Below, piece after piece: positions 1 to 9,032 of a stretch of 64,000 bases of DNA; position 1 is the first letter of the stretch; each line of letters begins with the position of its first letter. The position numbers were made by a program, and so were the translations under genes. This DNA comes from an uncultured Pelagibacteraceae bacterium (GTDB taxonomy: Bacteria; Pseudomonadota; Alphaproteobacteria; Pelagibacterales; Pelagibacteraceae): assembly GCA_902599485.1 (NCBI GenBank), contig CACKFP010000003.1:1726-65725 (forward strand). The letters are read 5' to 3'. The notes beneath the pieces are model-generated. The model saw nothing but the letters and a program-made list of their open reading frames with translations, was not told the origin of the DNA and made no database searches.

Positions 1-1
1 T

Positions 2-94
2 GATAAACCTGGGGAACCAGTTGATGCAGTTGTAGTTGATATTCCATTTACAGAATCTTACAACGCAAATACAAGAGAAGTAGTCAGTAAGTGA
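2..94 (+). CDS. 3' end of a CDS entering from the left edge, possibly a GcvT-family aminomethyltransferase
   Basis: Open frame DKPGEPVDAVVVDIPFTESYNANTREVVSK*, TGA at 92-94, followed by a hairpin. 'V.A.VV..PF' resembles the GcvT C-terminal barrel; product call is weak. Confidence 0.45.
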   Translation, partial: DKPGEPVDAVVVDIPFTESYNANTREVVSK

Positions 95-104
95 TAAAAA
101 TTTT

Positions 105-131
105 TTTAGGGGGAATTTAATTCCCCCTAAA
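105..131. terminator. Probable rho-independent terminator hairpin
   Basis: TTTAGGGGGAAT-tta-ATTCCCCCTAAA, perfect 12-bp stem just after the upstream stop; no U tract on the + strand. Confidence 0.65.
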
Positions 132-132
132 T

Positions 133-240
133 ATGACGAAAACCTTTTTCATAGTTGTTTGCATTATAATCGCTATTGCTCTAATAATATTCCCATTAAT
201 CGTTTCATATAAGGCGCAAAAAAAAAATAAAGATAATTAA
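133..240 (+). CDS. Small single-pass membrane protein (35 aa), not in ORF track
   Basis: Hand translation MTKTFFIVVCIIIAIALIIFPLIVSYKAQKKNKDN*; its TAA overlaps the next ATG (TAATG). Confidence 0.6.
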   Translation: MTKTFFIVVCIIIAIALIIFPLIVSYKAQKKNKDN

Positions 241-785
241 TGTTTGCTCAGTTTTTAGATATTGTTTTTAAATCGTTAAAGCTTGATAAAACTCTTTATA
301 GGACTCCAAGATATTATGGAGAAGCTGGAATTTATTTTGCAATTTTAATTATGATTTTAGATGGGGTTGCGGGTGCTATTGCAGCTAATACAATTGTAAA
401 AACATCAGTTGGTATATCTGGTTTAACAGCATTATTAACATGGCTGGTGTGGGCAATTTTTATATTTGTAATTGGGGTTAAAATTTTTCCTGATAAAGAT
501 AGAAAAATTCCATTTAAAAGAGTTCTTATAGCTGTTGGGTACGCACACGCTCCAGGCCTGATAAGATTTTTTGCAGTTACACCAGAACTTGTTCTTTTAA
601 TTATTTTTCTTACTCAATTTTGGATTTTTGCCTCATTAATTATTGCGACAAGACATATTTTAAATTTAAAATCAAATTTAAAAGCATTTGGAATTGTATT
701 TTTGTCTTTTTTGATTATTTCTTTTTTGACAATTTCATTTGTAATGACAAAAATTAATTCATTACCTATTAGTACAAATATTTAA
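240..785 (+). CDS. Multi-pass membrane protein, YIP1-like
   Basis: 181 aa, about 5 hydrophobic segments, 'R..GYAHAP' motif typical of Yip1-family proteins. Confidence 0.65.
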   Translation: MFAQFLDIVFKSLKLDKTLYRTPRYYGEAGIYFAILIMILDGVAGAIAANTIVKTSVGISGLTALLTWLVWAIFIFVIGVKIFPDKDRKIPFKRVLIAVGYAHAPGLIRFFAVTPELVLLIIFLTQFWIFASLIIATRHILNLKSNLKAFGIVFLSFLIISFLTISFVMTKINSLPISTNI

Positions 786-949
786 AGTGGAAATAAAGTT
801 TTTGATGTTCTGCAGGAGTTACAAAGTTTATATCCTGTGAGTATTAAATTTTGAGTTACTGTCTCATCTTCTTTTTTACATTCATCACAAATATCATTTA
901 ATTCATTATTATCTAAATTGTCTGATTTATATTCAAAGTTATCAGTCAT
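782..949 (-). CDS. Small CxxC...CxxC zinc-binding-type protein (55 aa), not in ORF track
   Basis: Hand translation MTDNFEYKSDNLDNNELNDICDECKKEDETVTQNLILTGYKLCNSCRTSKTLFPL*; start overlaps the stop of the 942..1550 gene (ATGACTGA). Confidence 0.7.
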   Translation of the reverse strand: MTDNFEYKSDNLDNNELNDICDECKKEDETVTQNLILTGYKLCNSCRTSKTLFPL

Positions 950-1550
950 TATCTGTTAATCCTGCTCCTGCGGTTTTTTGTTTTAACTCATCTGTTTCTT
1001 CTACAAATGTGTTTTCAGATAATTTTGTTAATTCTTTCCAATCTTCTTCTGAAAAATTATTCTTATTTTCTAAGAATTGGATTTTAATTACATCAGCTTT
1101 TTCTACAACCTCACTACTTAAATAATTTGAATAAATTGATTGATTGAAATTTAATAAAAATTCTTTTTGATCTATCTTTAAAAAAATTCTCTTTCCCGTT
1201 ATTTCCGAAGATCTGCTGACAAATGGCAAAAATATCAATGGGTAAGCCATTTTTTCTATTTCTATATCATTTAGTTCTTGGATAGAAATAGATTGATCAA
1301 AAAAACTTAATCCAAGTTTAATTGGACAGTAAAAGTTTTGAGGTTTGTTGCTTTTGTTAAAAGATTGGCAATTTTCAAACTTCTCATTATTAAAAATCTT
1401 AAAATATTGGTTTATGTGTTTTATACCTGGTAAACCAAATAACTCGAGTTGCTTAATGTTCTTTCCTATTTCTTCTGCAACTCCCCAAGAGAAACCTTTT
1501 GCTTTTGTTGAACGTTTAACAATCGTGTCAATTTCACTATAACTTCTCAT
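942..1550 (-). CDS. DUF3726-like protein
   Basis: N-terminal 'MRSYSEI...G.SWG.AEE' and C-terminal 'W..L......TFV...D.....GAG..DND' recalled as typical of this family; operonic with the two genes upstream. Confidence 0.65.
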   Translation of the reverse strand: MRSYSEIDTIVKRSTKAKGFSWGVAEEIGKNIKQLELFGLPGIKHINQYFKIFNNEKFENCQSFNKSNKPQNFYCPIKLGLSFFDQSISIQELNDIEIEKMAYPLIFLPFVSRSSEITGKRIFLKIDQKEFLLNFNQSIYSNYLSSEVVEKADVIKIQFLENKNNFSEEDWKELTKLSENTFVEETDELKQKTAGAGLTDND

Positions 1551-1558
1551 TAATTACT

Positions 1559-3211
1559 TTAGTTATATATCCAATATTGATTAAATGAATTAAGTTCGTT
1601 TGGTAATGGAGCTCCTTGAAACATACAAATCCTTAACCATTTGTCAGATCTTGGATCAAACTTTACTGCCCCAAAAAAAGATAATTTAAGTCTTAACATA
1701 TCTATAGGAACTAATTTTGAGCCGATAGTGTTATCTTGAATTTCAGAATATGGATATTTCTCTGTTATAAACACTCTTCTTACAATATGTCTTAAATCAT
1801 TGTTCTGTACTAGAAATTTACCAATCTTTAAGCTGTTTTTTAAATTAAAAATAGTTTCATAAAGTTTCTTGATATCTCTAGCAATAGCCGTAGGCTGCTC
1901 GAGTTCTGAACCATTATCTTCAAACCTATCTCCAATCCTAGGTTCTTCTTTATTTTTTGATATGAACCAAAATTTTTTATTATTTTCATTTTTTGAAAAA
2001 TCAATTTTTAAAATATCTGAATAATTTTTCTCAATTATTTCTCTTAGGTCATTTATAGTTCTGTCTACAGGTATATTAAAACTACTATCCTCGTCTGAAC
2101 TCATTTGAGAAATTAAAGGATCAGTTATTTCATTATATGGCTCCATCATTATAGAAACCAAATACTCAACTCCTTCTTCAGATAAATTTTCTTCTGCCCA
2201 GTTATATAATTTATCAAATATATAAAAATTTGATTTATCAATATTATCTTTCAAATAATTAATTAAATTTTGTAAATCATTAATTAAATTGTTTATTTTT
2301 TTCTTTTGGTATTCGCTTTCAGTATTCCATGAAGTTACATTTTTTAAAGATTTTGTTAAACAATTGTAAAAAATTTTAAACTCTTCTTCTGATACTTTTT
2401 CTATTTCTCTTATTTTTTTTAAAGCTGTCTCTTTAGCTAGAATCCAATTATTTAATAATGAAGGGTGGTTAATAATAAATGGTGCCATTCCTAATCCAGT
2501 TGAATTTCCAATTCCTAAATTTCTGCAAATATCCAAGTCTAATTCTACAGCATCTTTAGGATTTTTATTTTTTGCTATATGATTGACTTGATCAAAAGTG
2601 AATTGTCTTACAAGGTAAACTAACATCATTTCCAATCTAAAAGGACCATTTATTTCATCTCTATTTTTAATTCTAAACCTGTCTGCTAATCCAAATTTTC
2701 CTGAGCCGTATACTGCAGTTGTTCTATACAAATATCCAACTTTTGAAAGCTCATTAGTATTGGGCTGGATACCTTTTGATAAACACTCAATCACATAATT
2801 AAATGCTCTAACTGATCTATTTGCTCTTGAGAGAGTTAGTTCTTTATAAGAAAGCCTCCCTACTTCTTGTTTAGGGACATTTTGTGAAAGTCTATCAATA
2901 TCAATTTTTGAGGGAATGCCATCATACAAAGCAAATGCAGCATCCCATTTGGTTGCTATTACTCTATCAGATCTTTCCTCATCTTTAAGCTCATTAGCAA
3001 AACAAACTAGAGAATATGTTTTTTTATCTTTTGAGAATGAATAAATAGCTACTCCATATCCCCTATCATTCAAGTCAAACAAATCTCTGTTATATTTCCA
3101 ATCTTTGAACTCATTTAAAAATGATCTTAGAAAAGATAATTTAGATTGATGAAACGATCCAAGCCTAGAAAGTTTCATTACAATTTTAGGATCTCTTAGT
3201 GGAACTTGCAT
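1559..3211 (-). CDS. Conserved hypothetical protein (550 aa), probably an enzyme
   Basis: Long ORF with conserved-looking blocks (RSDRVIA..WD, GYLYRTTAVYGSGKFG, GIGNSTGLGMAPF, FDPRSD.W.RI..FQGAP); start overlaps the dipeptidase stop. Confidence 0.8.
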   Translation of the reverse strand: MQVPLRDPKIVMKLSRLGSFHQSKLSFLRSFLNEFKDWKYNRDLFDLNDRGYGVAIYSFSKDKKTYSLVCFANELKDEERSDRVIATKWDAAFALYDGIPSKIDIDRLSQNVPKQEVGRLSYKELTLSRANRSVRAFNYVIECLSKGIQPNTNELSKVGYLYRTTAVYGSGKFGLADRFRIKNRDEINGPFRLEMMLVYLVRQFTFDQVNHIAKNKNPKDAVELDLDICRNLGIGNSTGLGMAPFIINHPSLLNNWILAKETALKKIREIEKVSEEEFKIFYNCLTKSLKNVTSWNTESEYQKKKINNLINDLQNLINYLKDNIDKSNFYIFDKLYNWAEENLSEEGVEYLVSIMMEPYNEITDPLISQMSSDEDSSFNIPVDRTINDLREIIEKNYSDILKIDFSKNENNKKFWFISKNKEEPRIGDRFEDNGSELEQPTAIARDIKKLYETIFNLKNSLKIGKFLVQNNDLRHIVRRVFITEKYPYSEIQDNTIGSKLVPIDMLRLKLSFFGAVKFDPRSDKWLRICMFQGAPLPNELNSFNQYWIYN

Positions 3212-4179
3212 TAATTAATTCCTTTATAAAAATTAAACCAGTTATTGCCAAGTATCTTATTTATCTCTTCTTCATGAAAACCTTTATTTTTTAGTTCAGT
3301 ATTTAAATTATTAAATCCTCTTGCATCCAAAAACCAATCTGGTTGTTTTGGAAAACCAGGCTTATCTTTACTGCCTTCACCAAAATTTTTTGATTTTGAC
3401 CAAGTTCCATTTCTCATCCACTCAACTACACTGTCTGGTTGGTTCAAACATAAGTCTGATCCTATTCCAACATTATCAATACCCATAATTTCAACTGTTC
3501 TTGCAACCATTTCACAAAAACTTTCTATTTTACAATTCGTTCCATCTTTTAAATGGTGAGCATACAATGACAATCCTAACATTCCTCCACTATCAGATAA
3601 AACTTTTAATAATTCTGTAGATTTATTTCTTTTTGCTTCAAACCAAAAAGTTGGATTTGCATGAGTGATTGCAATTGGTTTTTGACTAATTTCAATTGCA
3701 TCAAGTGTACTTTTCTCTGCTGAATGAGACATGTCAACAACGATACCTACTCTATTCATTTCTTTAATAGCCTCTTTTCCAAAATTAGTAACTCCGCTAT
3801 CATTTTTTTCATAACATCCAGTGGCTAATAATGATTGGTTGTTATAAGTTAATTGCATAAATCGACAACCTTGTGAGTGCACTTTTTCTATAAGACTTAT
3901 GTCATCTTCAATTGGAGAACAATTTTGAAATCCAAAAAAAATAGCAGTTTTGTTTTCTTCTTTTGCTTTTGTAATATCATTGTAGTTATTGCCTAGAAAT
4001 ATAAGATCTTTATTTTCTTCGAAATGTTTGTTCCACTCTTGTATTCTTTGTTGTAATTCATCATAGTCTTCATGATAAACTAACGTAACATGAACTGCAT
4101 TTAATCCAGCTTTATTATTTATTTCAAAGATTTCTCTAGACCATTTACAATATTGAAGATTATCAATTCGATAATTCAT
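3211..4179 (-). CDS. Membrane/renal dipeptidase family (M19) amidohydrolase
   Basis: QLTYN, EMNRVGIVVDMSH, ITHAN, GIGSD and ILGNNW motifs; first metal site is non-canonical (DNLQY, GFQN). Confidence 0.85.
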   Translation of the reverse strand: MNYRIDNLQYCKWSREIFEINNKAGLNAVHVTLVYHEDYDELQQRIQEWNKHFEENKDLIFLGNNYNDITKAKEENKTAIFFGFQNCSPIEDDISLIEKVHSQGCRFMQLTYNNQSLLATGCYEKNDSGVTNFGKEAIKEMNRVGIVVDMSHSAEKSTLDAIEISQKPIAITHANPTFWFEAKRNKSTELLKVLSDSGGMLGLSLYAHHLKDGTNCKIESFCEMVARTVEIMGIDNVGIGSDLCLNQPDSVVEWMRNGTWSKSKNFGEGSKDKPGFPKQPDWFLDARGFNNLNTELKNKGFHEEEINKILGNNWFNFYKGIN

Positions 4180-4283
4180 ATTTGATATACACTATTATTA
4201 TTATTGTGATTGTCACTAACTTAAACTGTCCTTAGCTAAAAATTGCAATTTAAAGGAAATATCTGTAAATTGATGTTAGTTTC

Positions 4284-4778
4284 ATGATATACAAAAAAAA
4301 ATCACATAAAGTATCAATTGTAATGGGCAGTCAGTCTGATTACAAAACAATGAAGAACTGTGAAAAAGTTCTTAAGATTTTAAAAGTTAATTATGAGACA
4401 AATATCGTCTCTGCACACAGAACGCCTGATAGACTTTATACCTATGCAAAGAAAGCAGAAAATAATAATATTACTATTATTATTGCTGGAGCTGGGGGAT
4501 CAGCACATTTACCTGGTATGATTGCTGCAATAACTAGAATTCCGGTTATAGGTGTTCCCATTGAAAGTAAAAAGTTAAAAGGTTTAGATAGCCTACTATC
4601 AATTGCTCAAATGCCAAAAGGAATTCCTGTTGGCACTGTTGCTATTGGAGAAGATGGCGCAATCAATGCTGGTTTATATGCTGCTTCAATTATAGCTACG
4701 TATGATAACAATGTAAAAAAAACACTTTTAAATTGGCGAAAAAAACAAACATCAAAAGTAAAAAAAAAACCAAAGTAA
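4284..4778 (+). CDS. purE: N5-carboxyaminoimidazole ribonucleotide mutase
   Basis: MGSQSD, SAHRTP, AGAGGSAHLPG and QMPKGIPV motifs. Confidence 0.97.
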   Translation: MIYKKKSHKVSIVMGSQSDYKTMKNCEKVLKILKVNYETNIVSAHRTPDRLYTYAKKAENNNITIIIAGAGGSAHLPGMIAAITRIPVIGVPIESKKLKGLDSLLSIAQMPKGIPVGTVAIGEDGAINAGLYAASIIATYDNNVKKTLLNWRKKQTSKVKKKPK

Positions 4779-4781
4779 TTA

Positions 4782-5825
4782 ATGTCTAAACCTGATCTAG
4801 GAATAATAGGTGGAGGACAATTAGGAAGTCTATTAGCATCCGCAGCAAAAAAACTTAATATTAAAACGGTTATTTTATCAGATGATAAAGATGCACCCGC
4901 AATCAATTTTGCAGATGAATTTATTTATGGAGATTACAAAGACATAAATATTATCAATAACTTTTTAGAAAAAGTTGATCTTGTTACTTATGAGTTCGAA
5001 AATATCCCATATGATATATTGAAAAAAATTAATGAAACCAAATCTGTATTACCAAGCCCCGAAATAAATAAATTAATTCAAAATAGAATGACTGAAAAAG
5101 AGTTTTTGAATAAAAACAATATAACTACAACACAGTTTGTAAGTATTGGCGATTTAGATGATATAAAAATAAACGACAGATTAATTCCTGGTTTGTTGAA
5201 AACTTGTACACTTGGTTATGATGGAAAGGGCCAATATAAAATAAACAATGCAAATGATTTAAATGAAGATTTTGATTTTTCAAAAGGCTACATCTTAGAA
5301 AAGATAGTAAATTTAAAAAAAGAAATTTCAGTAGTGGTTACAAGATTTGGTCACCAAAAATATGAAATTTATGATCCAATTGAAAATTATCATGAAGACC
5401 AGATTTTAAAACACTCCAAAATTCCCGCTGATATAAGTGATGAAATTAAAAATAAAGCATTGGACTGGGCGAAAACAGTGGCTGAAGAGCTTGATTATAT
5501 AGGTACTATGTGCGTTGAATTCTTTATAGATAAAAATAATAATTTATATGCTAATGAAGTTGCACCAAGAGTACATAATTCTGGACACCTAACTATAAAT
5601 TCACATAACATTAGCCAATTTGAAAATCATATCAGAGCTGTATGTGGACTTGAAAAATTAGAAACAAAAAAAATTTATAATGCAAAAATGCTTAATTTGA
5701 TTGGTGAAGAAATATTAGAATATAAAAATAAAAAATTTAAAGAAAATGAATTTTTTTATGATTATTTAAAAAAAGAAGTTAAAGCTAAAAGAAAAATGGG
5801 ACATTTAACAACTATAGAAAAATAG
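4782..5825 (+). CDS. purK: N5-CAIR synthase (ATP-grasp)
   Basis: GIIGGGQLG, TYEFEN, GYDGKGQ, NEVAPRVHNSGH and RKMGH; follows purE. Confidence 0.96.
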   Translation: MSKPDLGIIGGGQLGSLLASAAKKLNIKTVILSDDKDAPAINFADEFIYGDYKDINIINNFLEKVDLVTYEFENIPYDILKKINETKSVLPSPEINKLIQNRMTEKEFLNKNNITTTQFVSIGDLDDIKINDRLIPGLLKTCTLGYDGKGQYKINNANDLNEDFDFSKGYILEKIVNLKKEISVVVTRFGHQKYEIYDPIENYHEDQILKHSKIPADISDEIKNKALDWAKTVAEELDYIGTMCVEFFIDKNNNLYANEVAPRVHNSGHLTINSHNISQFENHIRAVCGLEKLETKKIYNAKMLNLIGEEILEYKNKKFKENEFFYDYLKKEVKAKRKMGHLTTIEK

Positions 5826-5827
5826 TT

Positions 5828-6451
5828 TTAAGATATAGTTTGTATCAAAGAAATATTATTGTTTGTAGGTTTATTAACTTCCTTTGAAACCTCATGAAAG
5901 TTTAATTTTGTTTTTTTACACTCTTTAAGAAAACTCGATCCTGTTAATTCAAGATTTAAATATCTATTAACATCATTTTCATTAATTATAACAGGTTGTC
6001 TATGATGTATTTCTTTAATATTTTCATTTGCATCCTCGGTTATTAAACAAAATTGATCATTGTCATAAATAGCCGCTAAATACATAAGCTTTTTATCCTC
6101 TCTTAAAAAATAATAAGGTGTTTTATTTTCTTTTTCTCTTTTCCATTCATAAAAACCATCTGCTACAGCTACACATCTATGTAATCGAATTAATTTTTTG
6201 AAAGACACTTTTTCATCAATAGTTTCTAATCTTGCATTTATTAAAGGTTTAAAATCTTTTTGCTTAGCCCAGCTAGGTACTACTCCCCACTTTAAATTTT
6301 CTAGAGTATTTCCATTATTATATTTTTTAATCACAGGTAATTTTTGAAATGGGTGTGCATTATAATTTTCATTATCTTCAACTTGTATAGCTGACTTAAC
6401 AAGTTTTTTTGTTTTTGTGACAGGGTTAGTTATTACGTATCTTCCACACAT
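5828..6451 (-). CDS. SRAP (YedK/HMCES-like) abasic-site protecting protein
   Basis: N-terminal MCGRY (catalytic Cys2), WG..P.W, NAR.ET, DGFYEW and IH.R.PV. Confidence 0.92.
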   Translation of the reverse strand: MCGRYVITNPVTKTKKLVKSAIQVEDNENYNAHPFQKLPVIKKYNNGNTLENLKWGVVPSWAKQKDFKPLINARLETIDEKVSFKKLIRLHRCVAVADGFYEWKREKENKTPYYFLREDKKLMYLAAIYDNDQFCLITEDANENIKEIHHRQPVIINENDVNRYLNLELTGSSFLKECKKTKLNFHEVSKEVNKPTNNNISLIQTIS

Positions 6452-6468
6452 ATTTAATTTTCTTGGTT

Positions 6469-6486
6469 TAATCTAAATTTAGATTA
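6469..6486. promoter_or_regulatory. Perfect 18-bp palindrome, possible operator
   Basis: TAATCTAAATTTAGATTA is its own reverse complement and lies between the divergent SRAP and GNAT starts. Confidence 0.35.
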
Positions 6487-6487
6487 T

Positions 6488-6958
6488 ATGTTTTTCAAAA
6501 CTATGAAATCAATAGAAAATAATTTTGATGATCCGCAAGTAAATGAGTTGCTAACTAAGCATTTTATTGAATTGAGATCAGTTTCTCCTGAGGGGAGTTC
6601 GCATGTATTAGATATACCTGGATTAAAGGATCCAAGTATAAAATTCTGGAGTTTGTGGGAAAATAATGAATTAATTGGTTGTGGAGCTCTAAAATTATTT
6701 GATGAAACACATGGAGAATTTAAATCTATAAGAGTTTCAGATAAGTTTAGAAATAAAAAATATGGTGGAAAAATAATTTCACATCTTATTGAAAAATCTA
6801 AACAAATAGGAATTACTAAACTAAGTGTCGAAACTGGTGCGGGTGATTTTTTTGCGCCCGCTAGAAAACTTTTTAAAAGTTTTGGTTTTAAAGAGTGTGG
6901 GCCTTTTGCGCACTATAAAGACGATCCTAATTCGTGCTATTATTCAGTAGACATTTGA
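6488..6958 (+). CDS. GNAT N-acetyltransferase (YedL-like)
   Basis: SP..SSH.LD..GL, GCGALK, GEFKSIR, LSVETG and F..CGPF..Y motifs; true start may be the Met at 6503. Confidence 0.85.
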   Translation: MFFKTMKSIENNFDDPQVNELLTKHFIELRSVSPEGSSHVLDIPGLKDPSIKFWSLWENNELIGCGALKLFDETHGEFKSIRVSDKFRNKKYGGKIISHLIEKSKQIGITKLSVETGAGDFFAPARKLFKSFGFKECGPFAHYKDDPNSCYYSVDI

Positions 6959-6968
6959 GGAGTTTAAT

Positions 6969-7409
6969 TTGGAAACTGATAAATCAAGACCATTTGTATT
7001 ATATGTTGCTGAAATCATTTATCGAAAGATATATGAAATCAAGATTAAAAATCCAAATTTAACTAATATTCAAGCTTTTGAAATATTTATTGCATCAGAT
7101 GATTATAATGAAATTAGCTCAGGAAATTTTCATGATAAATGGTTTAAAGAACTTGAGAATAATGACTACATAGATAAATCTACAAAAAAAAAGATTAATC
7201 AAGAAACTATAAGACTTTTACAAATACAAAAAGATACTATGATTAAACAACTAATGAAAATCCCAAAATTATATTATGCAAAAAGTCATTTTCCTTTAGA
7301 ATTATCTCAAAGAGCATTTGATCATTTGTGGAGAGTTTGTGAAAGTTATGAACTTTGGTGTAAAGAAACTAAACAAAATGCATTAATATTATTAAATTTA
7401 ACAGAATAA
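6969..7409 (+). CDS. Hypothetical protein
   Basis: 146-aa ORF with TTG start preceded by GAGGAG; fills the gap between neighbouring genes. Confidence 0.7.
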   Translation: METDKSRPFVLYVAEIIYRKIYEIKIKNPNLTNIQAFEIFIASDDYNEISSGNFHDKWFKELENNDYIDKSTKKKINQETIRLLQIQKDTMIKQLMKIPKLYYAKSHFPLELSQRAFDHLWRVCESYELWCKETKQNALILLNLTE

Positions 7410-7412
7410 TTT

Positions 7413-9029
7413 ATGAGTAATAAAATTTTGAGACTTATAGATAGTACTTTAATAGATTTAGGAAGACAGTTTAAATGGACCTATCTACCGCCATTGATGA
7501 TTTATCTTGCTGCTGGTATTTCAGGACTAACAGGTATTGTTGGAACTTTTTTTGTTAAAGACTATCTAAACTTATCTGCTGCTTTTCTTGCTGGACTTGG
7601 TTTTTGGGCTGGAATTCCATGGGCATTGAAGATGCCTTTAGGTCATCTTGTTGATCTTATCTGGAATAAAAAAAATTACATGGTTTTTGTAGGAGCTTCC
7701 TTAATCTCATTAAGTTTAATTATAATGTACGGTTTAATAATTCATACTGAATGGATGTCCTCAATTCTTTCAGTTGAAACATGGTTTGTGATCAGTGTTT
7801 TGCTTGCTCCGATTGGTTATGTTGTGCAAGATGTTGTAGCTGATGCTATGACTGTAGAAGCAGTTCCTTTAGTTGATGATAGTGGAAATAAATTTTCAAG
7901 AGATGAAATCAAACTTATGCATACAACAATGCAAACTCTTGGAAGATTCGCAATAATTGGTGGAACTGTTTTAGTTGCTTTAGCTAACGTTATCCTCTTT
8001 AAAGGAGTAGACGAACTTGAACAAGCAGATAAGATAAGTTTATACGGTTCAATTTATATATATGCTTTAATTATTCCAATTGTATCTGTTCTAGGAATAT
8101 TTCTTGCTTCATATCTAAAAAATCAAAAGAATAGAAAACTAATTGAACAAGGTTTAGAAGGTGACCAAGATTATGCTCCTTCAGAGAAAACTGAAGTAAA
8201 CTGGTGGATATTAGGTGGAAGCTTGGTTTTTGTTATTTTTACTTTAGGTATTGGATCATTCAAAGTGCCTTTTGCTCAAGAAATTGTTTTCGTAGGTTCA
8301 ATGGCAATAATTCTATTTTTAATGAATAAATTAGTTAAAGAACTTCCTCAGGATTTAAGACTTACTGTTGTAGGTACAGCAATAATAATTTTTATTTTTA
8401 GAGCAATGCCAGGACCTGGTCCAGGTTTATCGTGGTTTGAAATTGATGTACTTGAATTCAATGAACAATTTTTTTCTGTATTATCTCTTATAGCCTCTGT
8501 TTTAACACTTGTTGGTATTATTTTATTAAGACCATTTATGGCAAACAATTCAATAGCTAGAATAATAGTGATTTTATCTGTTGCAGGTGCAATTTTATTT
8601 TTACCAAGCGTGGGAATGTATTATGGATTTCACAATTGGACATCATCAATTACTAATGGAGTTGTTGATGCGAAGTTTATTGCAATATTAAATACTGCAC
8701 TTGAGTCACCTTTGGGACAAGTCTCAATGATACCTTTGCTTGCATGGATTGCAAAAAATGCGCCTTCGCACTTAAAAGCAACTTTCTTTGCAGTATTCGC
8801 ATCTTTTACAAATCTTGCTTTATCAGCAAGTGCTTTAGGGACTAAATATTTAAATGAAATTTATGTTATTACTAGAGAGGTAAAAGACAAGGTAACAAAC
8901 GCTATTCTTACCACTGCCGATTATTCAGATCTAGGTATTTTGCTGATAACAGTAACACTAATAACTTTAATAATTCCAATTGTGTTTGTGGTTATTATTC
9001 AAAAAACTAAATTTAAATCTTCAGAATAA
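7413..9029 (+). CDS. MFS transporter, folate-biopterin (BT1/FBT)-like
   Basis: About 12-13 TM segments; PWALK...G..VD, DVVADAM.VE and 'A..AP...KAT.FA..AS..NL' BT1-type motifs. Confidence 0.75.
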   Translation: MSNKILRLIDSTLIDLGRQFKWTYLPPLMIYLAAGISGLTGIVGTFFVKDYLNLSAAFLAGLGFWAGIPWALKMPLGHLVDLIWNKKNYMVFVGASLISLSLIIMYGLIIHTEWMSSILSVETWFVISVLLAPIGYVVQDVVADAMTVEAVPLVDDSGNKFSRDEIKLMHTTMQTLGRFAIIGGTVLVALANVILFKGVDELEQADKISLYGSIYIYALIIPIVSVLGIFLASYLKNQKNRKLIEQGLEGDQDYAPSEKTEVNWWILGGSLVFVIFTLGIGSFKVPFAQEIVFVGSMAIILFLMNKLVKELPQDLRLTVVGTAIIIFIFRAMPGPGPGLSWFEIDVLEFNEQFFSVLSLIASVLTLVGIILLRPFMANNSIARIIVILSVAGAILFLPSVGMYYGFHNWTSSITNGVVDAKFIAILNTALESPLGQVSMIPLLAWIAKNAPSHLKATFFAVFASFTNLALSASALGTKYLNEIYVITREVKDKVTNAILTTADYSDLGILLITVTLITLIIPIVFVVIIQKTKFKSSE

Positions 9030-9032
9030 TTT

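Noticed and set aside
4205-4260. 'TTAAACTGT...AGCTAAAAA' upstream of purE superficially recalls SAM-II/SAM-V riboswitch motifs; a short GTGA-TTG-TCAC inverted repeat is also present
   Set aside because: No enclosing P1 stem or UAUUG element is visible, and purE is not a typical SAM-regulated gene.
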